DNA from: Nitrospirota bacterium
GTDB lineage: Bacteria; Nitrospirota; JACRHJ01
Reading direction: 5' to 3'
Assembly (NCBI GenBank): GCA_963845245.1
Contig: CAWJRJ010000037.1
Coordinates: 1 to 55,656 of the forward strand
DNA length: 55,656 bases
Positions 8,065-18,267 of the stretch are shown in pieces (positions within the stretch are counted from its first letter, which is position 1; every line of letters begins with the position of its first letter). A program made the position numbers and the translations under genes. Under the pieces are notes generated by a model. That model was not told the origin of the DNA. It saw only the letters and a program-made list of their open reading frames with translations, and ran no database searches.

Positions 8065-10892
8065 ATGCTTGACAAACTGATTATCAAGGGCGCCCGCGAA
8101 CACAACCTGAAGAACATCGACGTGGAGATACCGCGCGACAAACTGGTTGTGATTACAGGGCTTTCCGGGAGCGGCAAATCATCGCTCGCGTTCGACACGA
8201 TATATGCTGAGGGCCAGCGGCGATACGTGGAGTCCCTGTCCGCATACGCGCGGCAGTTCCTGGAGCAGATGGACAAGCCGGACGTGGACAGCATCGAGGG
8301 CCTCTCTCCCGCGATATCCATCGAGCAGAAGACGACCTCCAAGAACCCGCGTTCCACCGTCGGCACCGTGACCGAGATATACGACTACCTGCGCCTGCTG
8401 TACGCCCGCGTCGGCCACCCGCACTGCTACAACTGCGGGCGCGAGATCACCTCCCAGACCGTGTCGCAGATGGTGGACTCCATCGTGGCGTTGCCTGCCG
8501 GGATGAAGCTGAGCGTGCTGGCGCCTATCGTGCGCGGCCGCAAAGGGGAGTACAAGAAGGAACTGCTCCAGATGCGCAAGGACGGCTACGTGCGTGCGCG
8601 CGTGGACGGGAAGGTGTACGACCTCTCCGAAGACATACCGCTGGACAAGAAAAAGAAGCACACGATCGAGATCGTGATAGACAGGCTGGTCGTGAAGGAG
8701 GGGATAGAGAAGCGGCTCGCGGACTCGCTTGAGGTCGCGCTGAAGCTCTCGGAGGGCGTTGTCGTGATAAGCCCGCAGGAGGCCGGGAAGGCGGACATAC
8801 TTTATTCGCAGACGCTCGCATGCATCGAGTGCGGGATATCGTACCCGGAGATGGCGCCCCGGATGTTCTCGTTCAACAACCCGCACGGGGCGTGCCCGGA
8901 GTGCGACGGGCTTGGGCGTGCGGATGGACATCGACCCCGGCCTCGTGGTGCCGAACCCGGACATATCCATACGCGAGGGCGCGGTGAAGCCGTGGAGCAA
9001 GCGCACCACGGTGTTCTATTACCAGATACTGGAAGCGCTGGCCGCGCATTACGAGTTTTCGCTGACCGTGCCCTGGAAGAAGCTTCCGAAGGCGGCGCAG
9101 AACGTAGTCCTGAACGGCTCGGGCGGCGAAGAGATAAAGATGTGGTTCATGCGCGACGGCCGCAAGCAGTTCTACCACCGCGACTTCGAGGGCGTGGTGA
9201 ACAACCTGGCCACGCAGGTACCAGCGAGACCGAGTCGGCATACATACGCGAGGAGATCGAGGAGTACATGGGCGCGCACCCATGCCCCTCCTGCAACGGC
9301 GACAGGCTGCGGAAGGAGTCGCTCGCCATACGAATCGCGGGCAAGAACATATCACGAGGCGACGAGGCTTTCTGTAAGCAAGGCGTACGACTTCTTCTGG
9401 GACATGCCCCTGACGGAGAAGGAGGCCTTCATCGCCGCGAAGATACTGAAGGAGATACGCGAGCGGCTGGGGTTCCTCAAGAACGTCGGGCTGGACTACC
9501 TGACGCTGGACAGGCGCGCTTCGACGCTGTCCGGCGGCGAGGCCGAGCGCATAAGGCTTGCCACGCAGATAGGCTCATCGCTGATGGGCGTGCTGTATAT
9601 ACTGGACGAGCCGTCCATAGGCCTGCACCAGCGGGACAACGAGAAGCTGCTGGATACGCTGTTCTCGCTTCGGGAGATGGGCAACACCGTGCTGGTGGTG
9701 GAGCACGACGAGGACACGATACTGCGGTCCGACTATGTTATAGACATGGGGCCGGGCGCGGGCGTGCACGGCGGATACATCGTGGCGCAGGGCACTCCGG
9801 AAGAGATAATGAAGGACGAATATTCCCTGACCGGCAAGTATCTCTCCGGCAGGATGAAGATAGCCGTACCGAAGACGCGCAGGACATCGAAGCGGTTCAT
9901 AACGATAAAGAAGGCGCGCGAGAACAACCTGAAGGGGATAGACGTAAAGATACCGCTTGGCGTGCTTAGCTGCATCACGGGCGTGTCCGGCTCCGGCAAA
10001 TCCTCGCTGATACTTGAGGTATTGTACAAGACGCTCGCGCAGAGGTTCTACCGCGCCACGGAGCGCGCCGGCGCATGCGACGGCATCAACGGGCTCGAGC
10101 ATATCGACAAGGTGATAGACATAAACCAGAGCCCGATAGGCCGCACGCCGCGCAGCAACCCTGCGACATACACCGGGCTCTTCACGCCCATACGCGAGCT
10201 GTTCGCGCAGGTGCCGGAGTCGAGGATGCGCGGGTACAAGCCGGGCCGGTACAGCTTTAACGTGAAGGGCGGGCGGTGCGAGGCATGCCAGGGCGACGGG
10301 CTTATAAAGATCGAGATGCATTTCCTGCCGGACGTGTTCGTCACATGCGACGTATGCAAGGGGAAGCGGTACAACCGCGAGACGCTCGACATCCGCTACA
10401 AGGGCAAGAACATCTCGGAGGTGCTCGAGATGACCGTGGCCGAGGCGATGGTCTTCTTCGAGAACATCCCGGCCATCCACGGCAAGCTCGATACCATCAA
10501 CGACGTGGGCCTGGGCTACATCACGCTTGGGCAGGCCGCCACGACTCTTTCGGGCGGCGAGGCGCAGAGGGTGAAGCTGTCCAAAGAGCTAAGCAAAGCG
10601 CAGCACCGGCCGTACGCTCTACATACTGGACGAGCCGACGACGGGGCTGCACTTCGCGGACATACAGAAGCTGCTTGACGTGCTGGACAGGCTTGTGGAA
10701 GGCGGCAACACGGTTGTGGTGATCGAGCATAACCTGGACGTGATAAAGACGGCGGACCATATTATAGACCTGGGCCCCGAAGGCGGCGACGCCGGAGGCC
10801 AGATAGTGGCCACCGGCACGCCCGAGGAAATCGTCAAGGTGGAGAAGTCGTATACCGGGAAGTTCCTGAAGACGCAACTGCAAAGGCACTAG
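8065..10892 (+). CDS. uvrA: Excinuclease ABC subunit A (split by several frameshifts, probably sequencing errors)
   Basis: [62 protein letters not shown] across ORFs 8065, 8912 and 10680. Confidence 0.95.
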
Positions 10893-10898
10893 CCCACG

Positions 10899-10947
10899 CC
10901 CTCACCCGGCACTCCGTGCCACCCTCTCCCACAAGTGGGCGAGGGGA
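10899..10947. repeat. REP-like element (CCCTCACCC...CCTCTCCC...GGGCGAGGG class)
   Basis: Characteristic GC-rich double-hairpin sequence immediately after the uvrA stop. Confidence 0.6.
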
Positions 10948-11054
10948 GTTTTGACCTCAGACAACCCACACCCCAGCCACACTCCCATAATTTGCTCTGC
11001 TTTTATATTTCTTTTCTTAACCCTGTATGATATTTTATTTTACAATTAAAATTC

Positions 11055-13397
11055 ATGGGCCAACAAATGAGCGAGCAGGATGCAAGGATTGTTATAAATC
11101 GGAAGCTTGAGGAATCAGGATGGACGGTTGATCCCAAAAAGCAAGGCCGTAACGTCCTTACCGAGGCACACAACGGTGTGGGATTCTCTGATTATTTGCT
11201 TTTAGGCCGAAAGGGACAAAACCTTGCGGTTCTGGAAGCGAAGGACGACAACCAGGGGGACGTGTACCTTGCCAAAAATCAGGCACGAGGATATGCGGAG
11301 GCTATGAGTTGCAGGTATGTATTCCTTGCAAATTCCGAGCAGATATACTTCTGGGACTTGGACGAGGGAGACGCAAGACCGATAGAGCGATTTATCTCTC
11401 CTGAGGACTTGCAACGCAGGGCAGATTTAAAACTCATAAAAAAGCCCTTATCACAGGTTGAACATCCTACCGCAATAGCAGACAGACCCTATCAGCAGGA
11501 AGCCAGCAATACCATCGCCAAGCTGTATGATGAAGGCAAGAGGGCGTTCCTTCTTGAAATGGCTACAGGTACAGGTAAGACAAGGCTTGCCGCATCAATA
11601 ATAGACAGATTCCTTGCATCCAATCAGGCAGAACACATACTTTTCATAGTGGATAGGATAGAGCTTGCAAAACAGGCTCTAGAGGCTTTTCAGCTTGCGT
11701 TCAGAGATATTTATAAGAGTGCTCGTTACAAGCCGGGACGTAAAGGCGAGTGGGGCGGGGCATCGGTAGTTATCGCCACCATTCAGAGCCTTAATATCCA
11801 CTTCAAGGAAGATTTTACCCCAGGATATTTCGACCTTGTTTTTAACGATGAATGCCATCGTTCAATATATGGAGAGTTACCGAAGCAGGTTGTTGAATAT
11901 TTCCAGGCTACAAGGATAGGACTTACAGCGACACCAAGGGACTTCCTCAAGAATATTGATATAGAGCACCTTGCAGAGGATAATCCGAAGGCACTCGAAT
12001 GCAGGATAATGCGGGATACCTACAAGCACTTTGGCTGCGAATCGGGTGAGCCTACATACAGATTTTCTATACAGGATGCAGTTAATTCAGCCGCGCCGGG
12101 GCCATATCTGGTTGCGCCTAAAATATACAAGCTATATTCCCTGATAACCAAGGAATCCGTATCGGAAGAAGGCTGGAACGTCGATATTGACGGAGAGGAC
12201 TACACTTTTACTATTTCTCAGTTGGAAAAAAAGGTAAACGTCCCCATGCGGAACAGGCTTATCTGTGAGGAGTTCTTAAAATACGCTTTAAAGGCCCCTG
12301 ACGGCTCCGTAGGCAAGTCAATTATATTTGCGGTATCCCAGAATCATGCTGCGGCTTTGTCGAGGGCTTTGAACGCCCTTGTGCCTGAGAGCAACGGTAA
12401 ATTTTCCGAGGTCATCACTTCAAGGGTTCCGGGTGCTTCAGACCTTGCAAAGACTTTCCGCAAAGATGAAAACTATTGGCCCAGGGTAGCCGTATCCGTG
12501 GACATGCTGTCAACTGGCTATGACTGCCCAGAGGTGTTGAATATCGTCCTTGCGCGTCCCATAGCTTCACCGACCAACTATATACAGATAAAAGGACGAG
12601 GCACAAGGAAATATACATTCCCGGACGGTACGCCCAAGACGCACTTTATCATCCATGATTTCTGCGAGGTGGTGGAATACTTTGAGGAGAAGTACGATTA
12701 TGAAGCCCCTCTTCCAGTGCCTCGTGGGGTAAGGGAGGACCCTGAGCCTTGGCCTCCTATTCCGCCGGGACCAGAACCGCCAGAGCCACCGCCTCCACCA
12801 GTGGGGATGCTTGTAGCACAGGCCACGGATGCAATGGGTATGACGGAGTTTATCGAGGTTGGGCCAGAGGGTGAGAAGGTTGACAGGATGTTCTATCAGA
12901 ACAGGTGGAGGGAGACGATAAAGGAAGTTGCAAAGGCAAAGCCGGAAATAGCGGAAGCTGCAAAGACGGATAATTTCTCGGACGAGTTAATGGAGTTTAT
13001 TAACACCGAAATATTGAACAAGCCCAAGGAGTATTTCAACGAGACGAACCTTGCGAAGGTGTACCGGATATTCGCGGACATTACCGATTTCATAAAGGAT
13101 GCGCTCGATGTTAGAAAGCTCCCTTCTGGCAAGGAGCAGCAGAACAGCCTTGTAGATTCCCTACGAGTTGAATATAACCTTGACCTTCAGCAGACAAGAC
13201 TCCTGAGGATACTTATAGAGCAGATGGTTCAAAGCCCAAGATACGTGAGCCAGTTTGATAAAGGCGATTTCAGGTTCCTGGATAACCCGCCATTCGGCGG
13301 GGCGGGTAGATATATAGGGGCTTTTGGAGACAGGATTAAGCCGATATTCATGGAAATAAAGCAGAGCCCAACATTTAAACTTGCAAGGATGAGGTAG
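11055..13397 (+). CDS. hsdR: Type I restriction enzyme R subunit (EcoAI/EcoEI-like)
   Basis: Nuclease D...EAK motif, MATGTGKT Walker A, DECHRS, GLTAT, QIKGRGTR, Pro-rich linker. Confidence 0.88.
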   Translation: MGQQMSEQDARIVINRKLEESGWTVDPKKQGRNVLTEAHNGVGFSDYLLLGRKGQNLAVLEAKDDNQGDVYLAKNQARGYAEAMSCRYVFLANSEQIYFWDLDEGDARPIERFISPEDLQRRADLKLIKKPLSQVEHPTAIADRPYQQEASNTIAKLYDEGKRAFLLEMATGTGKTRLAASIIDRFLASNQAEHILFIVDRIELAKQALEAFQLAFRDIYKSARYKPGRKGEWGGASVVIATIQSLNIHFKEDFTPGYFDLVFNDECHRSIYGELPKQVVEYFQATRIGLTATPRDFLKNIDIEHLAEDNPKALECRIMRDTYKHFGCESGEPTYRFSIQDAVNSAAPGPYLVAPKIYKLYSLITKESVSEEGWNVDIDGEDYTFTISQLEKKVNVPMRNRLICEEFLKYALKAPDGSVGKSIIFAVSQNHAAALSRALNALVPESNGKFSEVITSRVPGASDLAKTFRKDENYWPRVAVSVDMLSTGYDCPEVLNIVLARPIASPTNYIQIKGRGTRKYTFPDGTPKTHFIIHDFCEVVEYFEEKYDYEAPLPVPRGVREDPEPWPPIPPGPEPPEPPPPPVGMLVAQATDAMGMTEFIEVGPEGEKVDRMFYQNRWRETIKEVAKAKPEIAEAAKTDNFSDELMEFINTEILNKPKEYFNETNLAKVYRIFADITDFIKDALDVRKLPSGKEQQNSLVDSLRVEYNLDLQQTRLLRILIEQMVQSPRYVSQFDKGDFRFLDNPPFGGAGRYIGAFGDRIKPIFMEIKQSPTFKLARMR

Positions 13398-13403
13398 TAA
13401 TAA

Positions 13404-15347
13404 ATGTCAGTGAATTTTGTAAATTCCGACCTAAGGCAAAAAGTTGACCAGCTTATGGATGAGCTTTGGGCGGGTGGTGTAAATAATCCCATGACATCCG
13501 TAGAGCAAATCAGCTACCTGATGTTTTTAAAAAGCCTTACGGAGAAGGACGAGGAGCAGGAGAAACTACAAAAGATAATGGGCAATGCCTACGTCCCTAT
13601 TTTTACAGACTCGTGGTCTAAGTACAGTTGGAGAACTGTATCACGTCTTGCGGGTGATGCCCTCTACAATACAGTTTCAGAGGTGTTCGAGAAATTTCAC
13701 GAACTCCCGAACCTGTCGTCTATGGGAAAGCTGCTTTTCAGGCAAGCGCATCTCAAGATATACAACAGGCCAACATTGCGTTCTGTCGTCGCATTGGTAG
13801 ACGACATGGATTTTAATGACTCCCAGAAATACGATACCGACGTTAAGGGCGACCTTTATGAGTACCTTCTGAGCAGGATAGCAGTATCAGGCACAAACGG
13901 CCAGTTCAGGACCCCCAGGCATATAATAAAGATGATGGTGGAAATCCTTGACCCGCAACCGGGGCAGTACATCCTTGACCCTGCATGTGGTACGGCGGGG
14001 TTCCTGATACAGGCGTACCTGCATATCATGGAGAAGAACACCAGCGACGACATGCGCAAGGATAACCATATAGCAGGGGACCTTCTCAGGCCAGACCAGC
14101 ACGAGTTCATGAAGACGCATGCACTCACGGGCTATGACAACGACACAGACATGATAAAGGTTGCCATCATGAACTTGTACCTGCATGGGCTGGAAAACGC
14201 CAATGTCAGGCACCATGACCCCATAACGCTCCCTAACCCTCAGGAGAGGAAGTATGATCTTATCCTTGCAAACCCACCGTTTGCGGGAACCGTTAATAGA
14301 GAAGCAATACTCGAAGACTTTGATCTGAGAACAACTAAGACAGAATTGTTATTTGGCGAATATTTTTATAAACATCTTGCACCAGGTGGAAGGGCGGCTG
14401 TTATCGTTCCAGAAGGTGTTGTTATGGGTACAGACAACGCGAGTAGAAAACTTCGACAAATTTTATTGGAAGATAATAATATTGAGGCTGTTATATCATT
14501 GCCACATTTTTCCTTTAAACCTTATGCAAGTGTTGCAACATTTATCCTTGTCTTTCAGAGAGGAGGGAAAACTCAGAAATGCTGGATGTATAAAGTAGAT
14601 GCTGATGGCTTTAGTAAGGATGGAGTGCGCAATCCGGTTAAAGATAATGACATACCAGATCTTCTTAAACAATGGAATAAGAGAAACAAGGCATCTTATA
14701 AGTCTGCGCAAGGAAAACATGATTGGGTTTCCGCAGAACGTATTGCATCAAATAATTTTGAATTAGCTCCAAGAGCATATTTGCAGGACGTTAAAATAAA
14801 CCATGACTATAATATAAAAACTATAAAAGAACTATGTACTCTCACAAAAGGCACGATTTCGGCGGCTAAAGCAGAAGCGGGCTTGTATCCTTTAGTTACA
14901 ACCTCTGAAGAGTTGAAAACATGCAAAGAATATAATTTCGAAGGGGAGGCTGTCTGTGTACCTTTAGTATCTTCAACCGGACACGGTCATGCGAGTATTA
15001 AGAGATTAACATACATGAACGGAAAATTTTCAGCAGCCACTATTGTAGCCGTTCTACGAGTAAAAAATAACAATGAAGTCATTACTAGATTTTTATATTA
15101 TTTTCTAGAAACTCATAAGGATGAAATTCTTGTACCGCTCATGAAAGGCGCGGCAAATGTATCTTTAAGCCTAGAGAAAATTGGACCTGTGAAGATTCCA
15201 GTTCCATCAATAACAGAACAAAAAAAGTTTATAAAAAACCTTGAAAACATATATAAAGAAACTGAAAATTTTGAGACTAAATTAGCTGCGACAAAACTAC
15301 TCTATGGCAAGGCTTTAGTTGAATTTAAATCAATTTTTTCAGAATAA
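13404..15347 (+). CDS. hsdM: N6-adenine DNA methyltransferase (HsdM) fused to a single specificity (TRD/HsdS half) domain
   Basis: EQISYLMFLK, GQFRTPRHI, DPACGTAGF, NPPF; C-terminal TRD-like region ending KIPVPSITEQKK. Confidence 0.85.
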   Translation: MSVNFVNSDLRQKVDQLMDELWAGGVNNPMTSVEQISYLMFLKSLTEKDEEQEKLQKIMGNAYVPIFTDSWSKYSWRTVSRLAGDALYNTVSEVFEKFHELPNLSSMGKLLFRQAHLKIYNRPTLRSVVALVDDMDFNDSQKYDTDVKGDLYEYLLSRIAVSGTNGQFRTPRHIIKMMVEILDPQPGQYILDPACGTAGFLIQAYLHIMEKNTSDDMRKDNHIAGDLLRPDQHEFMKTHALTGYDNDTDMIKVAIMNLYLHGLENANVRHHDPITLPNPQERKYDLILANPPFAGTVNREAILEDFDLRTTKTELLFGEYFYKHLAPGGRAAVIVPEGVVMGTDNASRKLRQILLEDNNIEAVISLPHFSFKPYASVATFILVFQRGGKTQKCWMYKVDADGFSKDGVRNPVKDNDIPDLLKQWNKRNKASYKSAQGKHDWVSAERIASNNFELAPRAYLQDVKINHDYNIKTIKELCTLTKGTISAAKAEAGLYPLVTTSEELKTCKEYNFEGEAVCVPLVSSTGHGHASIKRLTYMNGKFSAATIVAVLRVKNNNEVITRFLYYFLETHKDEILVPLMKGAANVSLSLEKIGPVKIPVPSITEQKKFIKNLENIYKETENFETKLAATKLLYGKALVEFKSIFSE

Positions 15348-15461
15348 ATATAGCCGAAGTTGCCCCAATCAGTCTTATATTAACCAGAATGACAATAGCT
15401 TGATGGAAAGGGCTTTCAGCGGGGAGTCGGTGCAATAACCAAAACCAGACGCAACCACAAA

Positions 15462-15491
15462 GTGGATCCCTCCGCTACGGTCGGGATGACA
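15462..15491. repeat. REP-like repeat GTGGATCCCTCCGCTACGGTCGGGATGACA
   Basis: Identical copy at 16275-16304. Confidence 0.8.
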
Positions 15492-15540
15492 GGCTAGGGC
15501 GGGACGTGTATCAGCAGTTAAAGGATAAGGTAGCAAGCTC

Positions 15541-15741
15541 TTAAACAGTTTCAAACTGCATGACATTCATCTGCTCGGCGCTGATACGGTCGCTCAACTT
15601 CAGTATCTCTATACCCACGACCTTGCCTACCGCGTTGAAGTCAAGTATCACCCCCGGCTGTACTTCCTCGGACTCGGCGATGGGCGACTCATCCAGCCGG
15701 AAATAAAGCGCGTCGTTCTCTTTGTCAACTTTCAGCCTCAT
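15541..15741 (-). CDS. DUF2283 family protein (antitoxin-like)
   Basis: DKENDALYFRL...ESEEVQPGVILDFNAVGKVVGIEIL; GAGGAGG RBS; own TTGATT-N16-TATAAT promoter. Confidence 0.85.
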   Translation of the reverse strand: MRLKVDKENDALYFRLDESPIAESEEVQPGVILDFNAVGKVVGIEILKLSDRISAEQMNVMQFETV

Positions 15742-15823
15742 TCTGGCCTCCTCGTTGCTTGTGCCTTACTTTTAGTATTATACAATGAAGCATGAGTAAA
15801 TCAAGGGACAATAAGCTAAGCCA

Positions 15824-15875
15824 CTGGATTCCCGCTCCCCGATCAGGTCGAGGACAAGTTTCGCGGGAATGACAA
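15824..15875. repeat. GGATTCCCGC...GCGGGAATGAC palindromic repeat with a nested insert
   Basis: Same arms as 16221-16249 with CCCCGATCAGGTCGAGGACAAG inserted in the loop. Confidence 0.75.
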
Positions 15876-15933
15876 TCTAATGCCGCAACCCGTACCCCTC
15901 CACCGCACTCATGATTAAAAAAAGACTTTCATA

Positions 15934-15964
15934 ACCCCCTTTGTCCCCCTTATCTTAAGGGGGA
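15934..15964. repeat. REP-like element (CCCCCTTTGTCCCCCTT...AAGGGGGA)
   Basis: TCCCCCTTA-TCT-TAAGGGGGA hairpin with C-rich head. Confidence 0.55.
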
Positions 15965-16163
15965 GATTAGAGCCCAAAAAACGCATCGAAAACAGTGGTG
16001 TTTTTGCGTGTTTTTTGCGGTAAATGGCCAAAAAATACGTGTTTTTATACATGATTTTTGAGGTTATATATTATATAAATCAGATAGTTACGGTGTGTGG
16101 AACTTATTGGCAGGGATTACTGAATACAGGGTAAGACTATTTAAACAAAAAGAATTACGCTAT

Positions 16164-16179
16164 TGTTCCACGTGGAACA
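16164..16179. other. parS: parS chromosome-partitioning site
   Basis: Perfect palindrome TGTTCCACGTGGAACA, matching the ParB-binding consensus TGTTNCACGTGAAACA; extends to 20 bp. Confidence 0.85.
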
Positions 16180-16220
16180 ATTTTTATTTGTGCAATATGA
16201 AAAGCATAAAAACAAAATTC

Positions 16221-16378
16221 CTGGATTCCCGCTTTCGCGGGAATGACAATCCAAGACACAAAACAAAGTCAAAGGTGGATCCCTCCGCTACGGTCGGGAT
16301 GACACCTAAGTGCGCCCGATAAATCGGGCAGCTACAAGGCAAAAGAAAAAATGGATTCCCGCCTGCGCGGGAATGACA
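16221..16378. repeat. Cluster of four REP-like repeats
   Basis: GGATTCCCGCTTTCGCGGGAATGAC (16221), GGATCCCTCCGCTACGGTCGGGATGAC (16275), GTAG-type GCCCGATAAATCGGGC (16312), GGATTCCCGCCTGCGCGGGAATGAC (16352). Confidence 0.8.
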
Positions 16379-16428
16379 CCCTAAATGATGGAATGACGGA
16401 CAACCTATGTAAAAGCAGTTACGTAACC

Positions 16429-18113
16429 TTAATCGTCACCGCCGCCTCTGCGTTCGCCACCGCGGCCCTCGCCGCCTTTGGAGCGGCCGCCTTCACCTCT
16501 GCCGCCGCCTTCTCCGCCCATCTTGCCGTTCATCCCGTTGGGGTGGCATGTAAGGCAGGGATTGCTTCCACCGCCTGCGCCGCCCGCTGCGCCGCCCGCT
16601 GTTGCAGCGCCGCCACCGGCAAGCGCATCCGCAATGGACTGGATGTCAGCCGCGGACAGTGAAGAAAGGCTGCCCATGCCGCCGGTACCCGCGCTTATCG
16701 CGCCTTGGATGGTAGAGGCAGAGGCCCCCTTCTTCGCGGAACTTGCAAGCGGCCCGTGACAACCGGAGCAACTTGAGCTATAAAGTGCAGCGCCACCTGA
16801 GGTTGCGCCTGCCGCCGCTGCCGGTGCTGAAGTTGCCATTGTAGCTATCTTCTTCGACGCGGTAGCGGTCTTAGGAGCAGCAGTCTTGGAAGCTTTAGCA
16901 ACCGTGGGTGTCGACCCTCCCCCGCCCAGCGCAGATGCAATCGCTTGAATGTCAGTAGCCGAAAGGCTCGATAGAGACCCCATGCCGCCGGTATTGGCGC
17001 CGATTGCCGACTGAATCATCGACGCGCTGACTCCCTGCTTGGAGGAACTGGCCAGCGGTCCGTGGCATCCGGCGCAGCTTGAACCGTAAAGCGCCGCGCC
17101 CCCTGAACCGCCACCTGCAGCCGCGTTTGAGGCCGCTGCCGCCGTGCTGGAGGTCGAGGCCTGTACTACGGTAATGGTGTTGCCGAGGGCGGCCGCTATG
17201 GCCATCATGTCAGAGGCCTGGATGGTCGCAAGAGATGACATACCGCCGGAATTGAGGGCAATGGCGTTCTGGATCCTGGCATAAGTTGCGCCCCTCTTGG
17301 ACGAACTTGTGATCGGGCCGTGGCAATAGGCGCAGTCAGATGCGTATAGCGAGTAGCCGTCCTGCGGAACGGCTATTTGTGTCGGTACCGCTGAGACAGG
17401 CGCGGAGGCTGCCGGAGAAGCGGATTCCATAGCCGTTGCACCGACATGCCGGCAGAAGCAACTGCCGAAACCCCTGCCGCACCGCCAAGCGCATCCGCTA
17501 TGGCCTGCAGGTCTGACCCGGACAATGATGAAAGAGAACCCATGCCGCCTACGTTACCCTTGATGGCGGCCTGTATCCTGGCCGCGCTGGCGCCCTTCTT
17601 GGAAGAGCTGGCCGCTGGCCCATGACAACCGGCGCAGCTTGAGCTGTACAGCGCTGCACCCCCGCCAGCTGCCGGTGCAGTGGCCGCCGGTGCAAAAGGA
17701 GCTGCGGAAGGCATAACTGTCTCCGCGGCAGAAAAAGATTTTTCAGGGACGGCCTGTACCTCGGCTGCCTGTGCTGCCACGCCGGATGTATATACGCGAG
17801 AAGACGGGATGTAATGGTCTGGCGAGCTTCCAGCCGTCAGTTCAGAAGAAATAATGGCGGAGGCGATGCTCTGGAGGTCGTTGCTGCTGATGCCCGAGAA
17901 TTGTTTCATACCGCCGAAGTTGCTTTTTATCGCAAACTCCATCATTGTGGATGTAGCGCCGCGGATTATGCTGGTCTCGTTTATCTTGCCGTGACATCTC
18001 TCGCAACGCGCTGTGTACATGTCCGCCCCGCTCATGCTGGTCGCTCCGTGAACTACGGAAACCAGACCGATTAACATGATTATTGCGGCAGCGGCAGACG
18101 TGAACACCTTCAT
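16429..18113 (-). CDS. Secreted multi-domain cytochrome c: five tandem class I monoheme domains plus a C-terminal CLTCH (frameshift near 17440)
   Basis: Signal peptide; CERCH, CAGCH, CAYCH, CAGCH, CSGCH each followed by a GGM candidate axial Met; Ala/Ser/Thr linkers. Confidence 0.85.
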
Positions 18114-18181
18114 AACAACTTTCCTTTCGATAGTGGAAACTAACATTTGGCCCTTGGTTCAATGGGTGACATGTTAAATGA

Positions 18182-18223
18182 AGTATAGCGACGATCACAG
18201 CCCTTGTCAATAATAATTATTGA
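18182..18223 (-). promoter_or_regulatory. Sigma70 promoter with overlapping 8-1-8 inverted-repeat operator
   Basis: TTGACA-N17-TATACT; TCAATAAT-A-ATTATTGA at 18207-18223. Confidence 0.75.
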
Positions 18224-18267
18224 TTAGATTAAAATCGCTTAATGGAAAGTGTATGTTTGGCGGGGCT

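Noticed and set aside
8065..10892. uvrA pseudogene or programmed frameshifting
   Set aside because: Similar indels occur throughout the contig and motifs are intact, so sequencing error is more parsimonious
16055..16095. dif/Xer site (TTATATAAAT) or DnaA boxes
   Set aside because: Only a partial XerD-arm resemblance with no XerC arm; no cluster of TTATCCACA boxes
15360..16428. CRISPR array
   Set aside because: Repeats belong to different classes with irregular spacing, and no cas genes are present
16095..16662. ORFs 16095-16322 and 16351-16662
   Set aside because: Translations of REP repeats (DSRFRGND) and of the antisense strand of the cytochrome gene
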